From assembly GCA_025340205.1 (NCBI GenBank), contig CP006868.1:750001-782000 (forward strand): a stretch of DNA of 32,000 nucleotides, read 5' to 3'. Below the pieces are notes generated by a model. It was not told the DNA's origin, did not search any database, and worked only from the letters and a program-made list of their open reading frames with translations. Made by a program: the position numbers and the translations under genes. Origin of the DNA: Ignicoccus pacificus DSM 13166. Its GTDB lineage: Archaea; Thermoproteota; Thermoprotei_A; Sulfolobales; Ignicoccaceae. Shown here piece after piece: positions 16,157 through 23,797 of the stretch; position 1 is the stretch's first letter, and each line of letters starts with the position of its first letter.

Positions 16157-16777
16157 ATGTCTGCTGTGACTTCCTCTCCCTCTGCGCCTAAGCCTACCAT
16201 TAAGATAGAGAATATAGTGGCGACGGTCTCTATAGACCAAAAGATAGACCTTGAGGAAGTAGAGAGGAAGTTAACTAACGTAGAATATGAGCCCGAGCAG
16301 TTTCCAGGCTTGATCTTCAGATTAGAGAAACCTAGGGTCACCGCGCTAATCTTCAAGTCTGGTAAGATGGTAATCACCGGTGCGAAAAGTACCGAGGAAC
16401 TCATAAGGGCTGTAAAAACTATATTTGCGATCTTAAAGAAACATGGCATAGTTGGTAAGGTTAGACCTAGGATACAGATCCAAAACATAGTTGCTTCCGC
16501 TAATCTAAACGTCGACGTTAATTTGGAGAAGGCGGCGTTTCTTCTCGAAAATAGTATGTACGAACCAGAGCAATTTCCTGGCCTCATCTACCGTCTTGAG
16601 GAACCCAGAGTTGTGTTGTTGCTCTTCTCCTCCGGAAAGATGGTCGTTACTGGAGCCAAGAAGGAAGATGAGGTAAAAAGAGCTGTGGAGAAGGTGTACA
16701 AGAAATTAGAGGAGTTAGAGTGCATAAGAAAGCCCGATGAGGATCTTACTGAAGAGGAGCTGTTAGACTTAGAGTAA
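16157..16777 (+). CDS. tbp: TATA-box binding protein
   Basis: Two internal repeats ([10 protein letters not shown]...[35 protein letters not shown] and [10 protein letters not shown]...[35 protein letters not shown]) and an acidic C-terminal tail. Confidence 0.97.
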   Translation: MSAVTSSPSAPKPTIKIENIVATVSIDQKIDLEEVERKLTNVEYEPEQFPGLIFRLEKPRVTALIFKSGKMVITGAKSTEELIRAVKTIFAILKKHGIVGKVRPRIQIQNIVASANLNVDVNLEKAAFLLENSMYEPEQFPGLIYRLEEPRVVLLLFSSGKMVVTGAKKEDEVKRAVEKVYKKLEELECIRKPDEDLTEEELLDLE

Positions 16778-16779
16778 TC

Positions 16780-17151
16780 TTATTCGCTAGTGGTATTCTC
16801 TTCTAATAATATCTTAACTTTTTCAATAATGGCTTCCATTTCTTCTTCACTTAACTCCACATCGGGAGAGATGTCAAGCATCACTCTTAGAAGGCCCTTT
16901 TCAGTAGGACATATGTTTTCAATAACTACACGAACTTCCTCTTCTAGCCCTAGCTCTTGAAGGAATTGATCTAACTCTCTTACTTTATCTACATCACACT
17001 TGGTTATTAGTCTCAATAACCTTACCGCTCTATCAATTAGCCTATATTCTAGCTTCGATACTTCGGGACCTAGCTCCTTCCATCTCTTCTCGAGTATTGA
17101 AAGTGCCTCTGCGTTTGGAATGAATCTCGCCTCGAGTTGCTCCTTCGTCAA
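16780..17151 (-). CDS. rpoF: DNA-directed RNA polymerase subunit F (Rpo4, Rpb4 homologue)
   Basis: 123 aa. From memory, it aligns from the N-terminus with Sulfolobus RpoF (..FIPNAEALSIL.. vs ..YIPYSVAKKLL..; KCDVDKV vs KCDAESA; ICPTEKGLLRVML vs ICPTTSDEVRSIL). Confidence 0.75.
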   Translation of the reverse strand: MTKEQLEARFIPNAEALSILEKRWKELGPEVSKLEYRLIDRAVRLLRLITKCDVDKVRELDQFLQELGLEEEVRVVIENICPTEKGLLRVMLDISPDVELSEEEMEAIIEKVKILLEENTTSE

Positions 17152-17539
17152 TCCCGTATCCCCTCCTTCCTTCGAGAGCTGAGTTTATGAGAAGTTCTTT
17201 CTTCAATTTCTCCAGTCTGATCCATTCCTTTATTCCGTTGTTAAGCTTGTAAACCCAGAGTCCGTCAGGAGTCTTCGTTTTTACTATCACACCGGCCTTC
17301 ACTAGCTCAGTAATATGAAAGTTTATTCTTTCAATTTCTGACGGCAAATAGTAGTCTCTAAGGGCGTTAGCTAAAGCTTCCCAAACGACCCCCCTACGTG
17401 ACCTACTTAGATAGAGTACTATGGCAAGACGTGCTGGATGTCCCAAGGCCTTGAAAATCCTCGCTACCTCCTCGATGCTCACTCTCTTTGCCCCACATGT
17501 TATGCATAATCTAGTATATGAGGTTTGGTATTGCGCCAA
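17042..17539 (-). CDS. ArsR-like winged-helix transcription regulator
   Basis: IFKALGHPARLAIVLYL is the ArsR/SmtB helix pattern, followed by a wing (GVIVKTKTPDGLWVYKLN). The 17539 start is TTG; a GTG at 17482 just before the wHTH is an alternative. The last ~36 codons overlap rpoF in another frame. Confidence 0.65.
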   Translation of the reverse strand: MAQYQTSYTRLCITCGAKRVSIEEVARIFKALGHPARLAIVLYLSRSRRGVVWEALANALRDYYLPSEIERINFHITELVKAGVIVKTKTPDGLWVYKLNNGIKEWIRLEKLKKELLINSALEGRRGYGIDEGATRGEIHSKRRGTFNTREEMEGARSRSIEARI

Positions 17540-17648
17540 TCATATCGTAATACTCCCACGTTTTCATCCACATACAAGTTCACTTTCTGTTCTCATTTAC
17601 CGAAGCCTTAAAGGGCACTGGGATGGTCCTTCGGACAGGTAGATTGTA

Positions 17649-19457
17649 ATGGGCTTGAACACCAAGACTAGTGCCGGTAAGGTACTACTGCTGGCGGTTA
17701 TAGCGACCTTCGTTCTATCATTCATCGTCTACGCTAACTTCAAAATAACTGAAATTCAAGGCCCGTTGGCAAAAGTTGTCGAAAAGATAATCTTAGGGTT
17801 TCAAATAAAACATTGCGAAACATTTAAGTTCCTACATGAGAATCAACACGAACTTAGCGCGTTGGTTAGTAAATCCATAGTATCTAACCTAACCAAAGCG
17901 GCCGAGCTCAAGTGTCCGGCAGACATAAATTCGATAACTACAGCGCTGGCGGAAGCTATAGCTACCACCGCATTCGTCACCGCGGTCCTCGGCACGCTGC
18001 TGTTCTGGAGAAAGAGATTATCGTATGTAATGCTTGGAGTTGCTGCACTCTTATTCTTCGGAGTTGCTCCCTATGAGCTGATAATTGAACATATGGAATT
18101 AGGGTTAATATTATTCTTAATTTCGATGATGGTAATAGTGGAGTACCTAAGTGAAAACGGGGTACTTGAATGGATTACGGTAAGACTCATAAAGCTAAGT
18201 AAATTCCGACCAATACCCTTCGTAATTATCTTGGCGTTTCTAAGTTGGCTCATGGCAGCATTGGTAGATGAAGTAACGAGTATAGTCTTCGTAACTAAGA
18301 TAGTAATATCAATAGCCGGTTTACTAGCAGTCGAACCAATTCCGTTGATAATATATTCAGTGATGGCAACAAACATAGGTTCGGCCGCTACTATGATCGG
18401 AAACCCTATAGGAATATACATAGCGTTGCAATCAGGTAAGTCCTTCGAACACTTTATAGAATGGGCTACTCCCGGAAGCTTACTGGCGTTGCTAGCACTG
18501 ATACCTATAGGTGCTATATGGCTAAGGAAACACGGCCTTTTCAACGCACTTAAGAAGGTTAGTTCAATAGACACTTCAAAGAGCTTAGATGAGTGGAATA
18601 TATTCGAGGGAGTTGATTCTAGCAAAGTAAAAGCATATATTGCCAGAAAGAAGCCGTTCTTCGTAAGCTGGTTGGCTGGGAACATAGAGGATCCAAGAAC
18701 TCCCCTCACTCCAGAAGAGGAGAAGTTGATAGCATCATATCTAAAGAAGTTCACTGAGGGTTGGATCTTCTTCATAACTGTAATATTACTAATAGCCTTC
18801 CATACACTAATAGCTTCAGCGCTCAACGCTTTCCTAGATCTTCTCTATTCAATAGGAGGTGTACATAGCATTCACGCGACCATAACACCGGACGCTGTGC
18901 TAATATTTACTCCAATAATTATAGCAGCAATAGTAATGCTCAAGCACGAGGAGCCGAGAAAGCTCATCGAGCATGGTGTGGAATGGTGGACTTTAGTGTT
19001 CTTCATGTTCCTATTCGCTATAGCATCTGCCCTTAGTTACACAGGTGTAACCGATAAGTTGGCATTCGCCTTAGTGCAGAGCACAGGAGGACTGACCTTA
19101 GGAGCGACTATAATCTTAGCAATAATGATAGCCATAATTTCAGCTATAATCTCAGCGTTCCTCGACAACATGCCCGTAGTAGTAGCGTTAAGTCCTGTCG
19201 TAAAGACGTTAATTGAAATAGGATTACCGGGAGGTGATATGCTTTGGTGGGCTCTGCTTTATGGAGCTACTATGGGTGGCAACATGACTATGATCGGAAG
19301 TACCGCTAACATCGTAGCACTAGGAATTTTAGAGAAAGAAGGTTACAGAGAAGTCAAATTTATGGAATGGTTCAAGATAGGAATTATTGTAGTTACTATT
19401 ACCTTAGGCCTCGCTTTAGCACAACTGATCCTTCATGGTCTCTTGGTCTATTCATAA
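17649..19457 (+). CDS. ArsB/NhaD (ion-transporter superfamily, CitMHS-like) permease
   Basis: 602-aa polytopic protein with a duplicated architecture around a central hydrophilic loop. Motifs ATNIGSAATMIGNPIG and GGNMTMIGSTANIVALG, plus FLDNMPVVVAL, are typical of this family. Confidence 0.75.
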   Translation: MGLNTKTSAGKVLLLAVIATFVLSFIVYANFKITEIQGPLAKVVEKIILGFQIKHCETFKFLHENQHELSALVSKSIVSNLTKAAELKCPADINSITTALAEAIATTAFVTAVLGTLLFWRKRLSYVMLGVAALLFFGVAPYELIIEHMELGLILFLISMMVIVEYLSENGVLEWITVRLIKLSKFRPIPFVIILAFLSWLMAALVDEVTSIVFVTKIVISIAGLLAVEPIPLIIYSVMATNIGSAATMIGNPIGIYIALQSGKSFEHFIEWATPGSLLALLALIPIGAIWLRKHGLFNALKKVSSIDTSKSLDEWNIFEGVDSSKVKAYIARKKPFFVSWLAGNIEDPRTPLTPEEEKLIASYLKKFTEGWIFFITVILLIAFHTLIASALNAFLDLLYSIGGVHSIHATITPDAVLIFTPIIIAAIVMLKHEEPRKLIEHGVEWWTLVFFMFLFAIASALSYTGVTDKLAFALVQSTGGLTLGATIILAIMIAIISAIISAFLDNMPVVVALSPVVKTLIEIGLPGGDMLWWALLYGATMGGNMTMIGSTANIVALGILEKEGYREVKFMEWFKIGIIVVTITLGLALAQLILHGLLVYS

Positions 19458-19836
19458 CTATCACAATGGCTTTACTTCCATGCATCCTCGAGTTTTTGAT
19501 GCTTCTTCTACAATAATCTATAGCAGCCTTGTTACTTCGTATAATGAAGGTTCTTTCGTCTCTTCTCTCGCTTTTCCTAACTACTAATGAACATTTGTCT
19601 TCTATTTTATTACACAATCCCTCAAGACAAAGAAATCCGAAATGATCTATTATACACATAACTACTTGATCAATAGTTTCACATAACCTGTTAAGTTCTT
19701 CAATATTATGAGAAGACGCGACAAGTATTATACAGTCTCCTCGAGGAGTAAGCCTTTCCTCGCAAGTAATTTCAAGCGTTGAAGGATGCATTGCTTGAAC
19801 GTTTGCATGAAAACGAGCATGGAAGATTACGATCAT
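19399..19836 (-). CDS. DUF371-family protein (function unknown), Cys-rich
   Basis: FHARFHANVQAMHPSTLEITCEERLTPRGDCIILV matches the DUF371 signature (GH.nv.a.H.tT.EiT....t.rGdCI). I count 8 Cys. There is a 4-nt overlap with cbiX upstream and a 59-nt convergent overlap with the transporter 3' end. Confidence 0.65.
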   Translation of the reverse strand: MIVIFHARFHANVQAMHPSTLEITCEERLTPRGDCIILVASSHNIEELNRLCETIDQVVMCIIDHFGFLCLEGLCNKIEDKCSLVVRKSERRDERTFIIRSNKAAIDYCRRSIKNSRMHGSKAIVIVMNRPRDHEGSVVLKRGLR

Positions 19837-20189
19837 TCTCTAACTGCCTCCAGATATCTCTGGTACAACGTCTCAACAATGAGAGGATGATCTCCTAGCG
19901 CCTTAGCGTAAACGACCTTCTTCCTGTTTCCTACTACCTCTTCTACCTTTCTCCTAATGTCTTGCACCACGTGACTTCCCTCGGCGATAAAGAAAGGCAC
20001 TATTACCAAGATATCGTCATTAGCAGCTGCCTTCTTGATTGCATCCTCTATCGAGGGTTTACCCATGAGGAATCCTACGTAAACTCTCTTAACGTCTTCT
20101 TTGTTTTCTAACTCTTTGGCCACTTTCAATACTATTTCTTGAAACTTAGGGTTCTTACTGCCATGCGCTATTAGCACAAAGGCTGTCAA
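19833..20189 (-). CDS. cbiX: Small sirohydrochlorin chelatase CbiX(S)
   Basis: 118 aa. VLIAHGSKNP and VIVPFFIAEGSHV are the CbiX/SirB catalytic-His motifs. Confidence 0.8.
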   Translation of the reverse strand: MTAFVLIAHGSKNPKFQEIVLKVAKELENKEDVKRVYVGFLMGKPSIEDAIKKAAANDDILVIVPFFIAEGSHVVQDIRRKVEEVVGNRKKVVYAKALGDHPLIVETLYQRYLEAVRE

Positions 20190-20971
20190 TCCATTGTGCC
20201 TTGAGGGAGGAGGGACCTCAATTCTATAAGCTTTTCATAAAACTTACGAGGTTTCATTCTAGCGAAGATTACACTAGGTCCATCTAAGCTTATTTCCATT
20301 TCCTCCTCATGAAGTTCTCTTACACCATCAATTAGTACTAAGACTTCGTCTTTAGGATATTCTACACTTACATAGAGTTTTAGGGAGGGAGGGAATACGA
20401 CGCTCCTCACGTTCAAGTGTATGGGGTTTACAGGAACCAATAGGATTACCTCTGCCCTTGGATCTACTAGAGGTCCTCCCGCCGAGAGCGCGTAGGCTGT
20501 GGATCCTAGCGTGGTAGAAACTATTACACCATCTCCTTCAAGGCCCTTATAGACCCACGTATCCTCTGTCTTGATATCTACCTTGGTGACTCTCCTACCC
20601 TTAGTCAATATAGCTACTTCATTGACTGCGTAGTAGTCGTTCACCCTCAATCTTCTATGCCTCTCTGCCCAGTACTCACCTGCGAGAAACCTATCGAGAG
20701 CTTCCTTCACCTCACTGGGATCAGTATCGAGTAAGAATGCCCTTCGACCAGCTCTTATGGTAAGGATTGGAGGTGTCTCACAGTAGGCTGATGAGAGTGT
20801 GTAGAGAAGGGTCCCATCACCGCCGATCACTATCAAACCATCAGCTTCACACGGAGAACACCGCGGAAAGATACAGTATTTTATTCCTCTGCTCTTTAAC
20901 TCCTCGATAATCTTATCTGTTAAGTTCTTAGCTAAGTTGGACCCTGGCTTCCATGAGACGACCACCTTCAT
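20186..20971 (-). CDS. nadK: NAD kinase
   Basis: Motifs GGDGTLLY, AVNEVAI and DGVIVSTTLGSTAYALSAGGP. Confidence 0.9.
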   Translation of the reverse strand: MKVVVSWKPGSNLAKNLTDKIIEELKSRGIKYCIFPRCSPCEADGLIVIGGDGTLLYTLSSAYCETPPILTIRAGRRAFLLDTDPSEVKEALDRFLAGEYWAERHRRLRVNDYYAVNEVAILTKGRRVTKVDIKTEDTWVYKGLEGDGVIVSTTLGSTAYALSAGGPLVDPRAEVILLVPVNPIHLNVRSVVFPPSLKLYVSVEYPKDEVLVLIDGVRELHEEEMEISLDGPSVIFARMKPRKFYEKLIELRSLLPQGTMD

Positions 20972-20993
20972 GAGATATCTTCCAGCAAGTCTA

Positions 20994-21009
20994 AGCTTTA
21001 GACAAAGCT
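20994..21009. promoter_or_regulatory. Perfect inverted repeat AGCTTT-agac-AAAGCT in the promoter region of the wHTH gene (candidate operator)
   Basis: Read directly. It lies 25-40 nt upstream of the ATG at 21034 and abuts a TATA-like CTATAG. A second short inverted repeat, GCTAT...ATAGC (21007-21032), follows. Confidence 0.25.
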
Positions 21010-21033
21010 ATAGCCCTTCGCAAACGGATAGCT

Positions 21034-21366
21034 ATGAACGTAGATTGGCTAATCCCCGTCCTGAAGTTGGTTAACGATTATTGTAGTTTGTCAGAAATAT
21101 CTAAGCAACTCGACCTCCCTACTTCTACCCTTCGGAAGGCGATCTTCGTGGCAAGGAGGTTAGGATTGGTAGAGAAGGACGATTGTCTGCGATTGACAGA
21201 AAGCGGCCAAGAGCTTTTGTCTAACTACGATATTTTGCAGAGGTGCGGCAAGAAGTTCTATTTAAAGAAGACCGACGGATGTATATTAGTTTTGGTGAGG
21301 AGGAAGAAAGGCTTCAAGGCTATTCGTATTCCTTGTGATAACGTTCCCTCTTGTAATTCCTCCTAG
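21034..21366 (+). CDS. Winged-helix DNA-binding protein (hypothetical regulator)
   Basis: SLSEISKQLDLPTSTLRKAIFVARRLGLVEKDD is an HTH plus wing pattern. I do not recognise the C-terminal ~45 aa. The 3' end overlaps ssb convergently by 47 nt. Confidence 0.55.
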   Translation: MNVDWLIPVLKLVNDYCSLSEISKQLDLPTSTLRKAIFVARRLGLVEKDDCLRLTESGQELLSNYDILQRCGKKFYLKKTDGCILVLVRRKKGFKAIRIPCDNVPSCNSS

Positions 21367-21745
21367 GATACCTACCGCTCCTCCTCTGTCCTCTGTATCC
21401 TCCTTCTGCTTTAGGAGTGGTCTCAGGTATCTCCTCGACCTCGGGGGCTTCCTCATCCGGCAATTTCTCTATTTCGGTTCTCCTGTTCACGTTAACTTGG
21501 ACTTCTCCCTTAAAGGACGTCGTCCAACCGTCTCTAATTTCGACCACTTCGCCTTCTTTTAACGTTCCAGCCTTATCGCCCCATAAGGTCACTTTCACCC
21601 TTCCCGTCTCATCTCCTACTATTGCTTCGCTTAGCTCCCTGGGACCATACTTAGTTTGGACTGTTCTAGTCTCACTAACCTCAATTACTCTACCCTTAAT
21701 CGTAACACTACGACCCTCCTTTAGATCAGATATCTTATCTACCAA
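21320..21745 (-). CDS. ssb: Crenarchaeal single-stranded DNA-binding protein (single OB fold plus flexible tail)
   Basis: SEAIVGDETGRVKVTLWGDKAGTLKEGEVVEIRDGWTTSFKGEVQVNV is near-identical in pattern to Sulfolobus SSB. The tail is first acidic and then Arg/Gly/Tyr-rich. Confidence 0.9.
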   Translation of the reverse strand: MVDKISDLKEGRSVTIKGRVIEVSETRTVQTKYGPRELSEAIVGDETGRVKVTLWGDKAGTLKEGEVVEIRDGWTTSFKGEVQVNVNRRTEIEKLPDEEAPEVEEIPETTPKAEGGYRGQRRSGRYPRRNYKRERYHKEYE

Positions 21746-21792
21746 CTATCCCACACTCTGAACATAACTTAGAGAAGTATATGAGTTGGCAC

Positions 21793-22374
21793 TTATGATA
21801 TTATCGCGCCTAACATGCTGGCTATTATGTGAGCAGCGATACCGAGACTCAAGTATTGGAGAGCTATTCTGATAGGGGATGTATCTTTCCCTATATAAAG
21901 TCCTAAGAGAAAGAGCTCTATATGTGCCATGACCAAACTCCACAGAACTGCTTGGTGTGTGACAAGTAATCCTCTGAGGGCCAAGAAGAGTGGTGTTATT
22001 GCGATCAATGGCAAACCTAAGGAACCTAAAAGGCTCCAAAGGGCAACGTATATAGAAGCGTAGTTTACGACCCTAGCATACATTGTATTATCTAACTTCT
22101 TCATCATACTTTTTTCCAACTCCTTTAACTCTTTCAATCTCTCACTCCTTTCGGTGATCATGACACCAAGGAATCCACTAAGTAATCCAAGCGAGAGGGC
22201 TCCTCCCAAGACTGCACCTAGGTATACGTTTGGGTTCTCACTATGAGATATCGAGCTAGTACCGCTCAAGACACCTATGGCTGAGAGTAACGCGTCGACA
22301 CCGTTGGTGGCAAAGACTCTCCTTGCTATTTCATCAATTTTCAAGTTCTTTAGCATTCTTAATACTCGCGCCAT
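21793..22374 (-). CDS. VIT1/CCC1-like membrane protein (putative Fe/Mn transporter)
   Basis: RRVFATNGVDALLSAIGVLSG resembles the VIT1 N-terminal motif (..anDGlvs.l.lv.G). A central charged helix (ERSERLKELKELEKSMMKK) sits between TM bundles. Confidence 0.5.
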   Translation of the reverse strand: MARVLRMLKNLKIDEIARRVFATNGVDALLSAIGVLSGTSSISHSENPNVYLGAVLGGALSLGLLSGFLGVMITERSERLKELKELEKSMMKKLDNTMYARVVNYASIYVALWSLLGSLGLPLIAITPLFLALRGLLVTHQAVLWSLVMAHIELFLLGLYIGKDTSPIRIALQYLSLGIAAHIIASMLGAIIS

Positions 22375-22466
22375 TCCTTACCGCTAGGTCTTCAACTCTC
22401 TGACGTTATGTGCTCAGTGCCCAGCTGAATCCTCATAGCCTAAGCTCGGTTCCGCCGTAGGTAACA

Positions 22467-22796
22467 TCACCGCACCTTTATTGGTATCGTGGTGTTTATC
22501 GTTGCGTTGGGTGTAATATATTTAGCTATGGTAGCAATGATGAAGAACACAGTACTACCGAGAGCTAACCACAAAGCTGCTATAACAGCATCCTCTATCA
22601 TGCTGTTCCCAAATTTCTTTATTCGGAGTATGGGTATAGGCGCTCCTCTCAGTGCCCATCCAATAACCCAAGAAAGGCCTACCAATGCCCACGCGATGAT
22701 CATAGCTTTCATGGTCCAATCATATATAATGTTTACGTAACTTTGGATGTCCATCTTCGAGCACCCGGTAAATCTAAATCTAATTGTAACCGTCAC
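22467..22796 (-). CDS. Small two-TM membrane protein (hypothetical)
   Basis: The 22796 start is GTG. An ATG at 22754 (MDIQSY...), with an AT-rich stretch 20-35 nt upstream, is the more plausible start (95 aa). Two hydrophobic helices are separated by the basic loop RGAPIPILRIKKFGN. Confidence 0.5.
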   Translation of the reverse strand: MTVTIRFRFTGCSKMDIQSYVNIIYDWTMKAMIIAWALVGLSWVIGWALRGAPIPILRIKKFGNSMIEDAVIAALWLALGSTVFFIIATIAKYITPNATINTTIPIKVR

Positions 22797-22856
22797 AGTG
22801 GCTATCGAAACTTCAAACCAAAAAGATGGGTAGAGGACTTGGAATAGGGATTAAAG

Positions 22857-23279
22857 ATGAGCAACGGCAATAAGCTGGACGAAGCTAGCAAGGAAAAAAT
22901 AAAGGAAGAAATAATCGAAAAGGTGCTCAAGAAGGTTCATGATCCGGAGATACCGATAAGCGTATGGGATCTGGGTCTCATCTATAACCTAGACATTGAT
23001 GATGAGGGTGTAGTGCACTTGAAGATGACTCTAACCTCACCAGCATGTCCTGTCGCCGGTCAAATACTTTGGCAGATAGTGAATGGGATAAAGGCGATAC
23101 CCGGTGTGAAGGACGTTGACCTCGATTTAGTCTTTGATCCTCCTTGGACCCCTTTCAAGATAACAGAGGAAGGAAGGAAAAAGTTCAAGGAGTTATATGG
23201 TTATGATATCGTGGAAGAGTACAAGGCAAAGTATGGCGATGAAAAGGGATACCTCAAGGCAATGGGTTACATTGATTAG
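22857..23279 (+). CDS. DUF59/MIP18-family Fe-S cluster assembly protein (SufT/PaaD-like)
   Basis: VHDPEIPISVWDLGLIY...HLKMTLTSPACPVAGQI is the DUF59 signature with the conserved Cys. Confidence 0.8.
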   Translation: MSNGNKLDEASKEKIKEEIIEKVLKKVHDPEIPISVWDLGLIYNLDIDDEGVVHLKMTLTSPACPVAGQILWQIVNGIKAIPGVKDVDLDLVFDPPWTPFKITEEGRKKFKELYGYDIVEEYKAKYGDEKGYLKAMGYID

Positions 23280-23797
23280 TCCCTTTCCATAAGCTTTTTC
23301 AATCTATGAGGTATTTTTAATTCCTCGATGACTTCCGCCGTACATCTGGGTATATAATTCTTCCATTCTTCGCCCTTGATCATCATTAGTCTTATGTTTG
23401 TCGCTACATATTTCTCTCTGTCAAAGGGCGGCGGTTCTAATATACTGTAGCCCGCTTCCTCAAACAATATCTTAACCAAGGGATTTCTACTTACAACGTA
23501 CTGAAACGGTGGCACATAGGTCTTTACATGAGCTACCCACGCTGAATTCATAAGGATGTCCGGCACTGGTATTAAGTATATTCTCTTGAGGTCTACTCCC
23601 TCGCACTCAAGTCCCTTCCTAATAGCCAATATCCTCTCGCCCGCAGTCATAGGATTTTGTAGGGTGTGACTTTCTTGGGCGCTACCGATCACTATTATAG
23701 CCTCATTTACTCTCTCTAAGGTCCACTTAACTAATTGTAAATGACCTTTATGAAAAGGTTGGAATCTTCCCGGTATCACTGCCCTAAGCACTTTCAA
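23276..23797 (-). CDS. nadM: Nicotinamide-nucleotide adenylyltransferase (archaeal type)
   Basis: GRFQPFHKGHLQLVKW is the (H/T)xGH nucleotidyltransferase motif in the archaeal NMNAT context. Size is 173 aa. Confidence 0.9.
   Translation of the reverse strand: MKVLRAVIPGRFQPFHKGHLQLVKWTLERVNEAIIVIGSAQESHTLQNPMTAGERILAIRKGLECEGVDLKRIYLIPVPDILMNSAWVAHVKTYVPPFQYVVSRNPLVKILFEEAGYSILEPPPFDREKYVATNIRLMMIKGEEWKNYIPRCTAEVIEELKIPHRLKKLMERD

Noticed and set aside
16138-16587. 149-aa minus-strand ORF
   Set aside because: It is antisense to the unambiguous TBP gene, so it is a shadow ORF.
16283-16590. DNA-level direct repeat (GAGCCCGAGCAGTTTCCAGGC... vs GAACCAGAGCAATTTCCTGGC...)
   Set aside because: This is the ancient internal duplication of the TBP coding sequence, not a repeat element.
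18071-18826. 251-aa minus-strand ORF
   Set aside because: It lies entirely antisense inside the ArsB/NhaD-type permease gene. Its Ser/Ile/Asn-rich composition is typical of a shadow frame, and it has no recognisable motifs.
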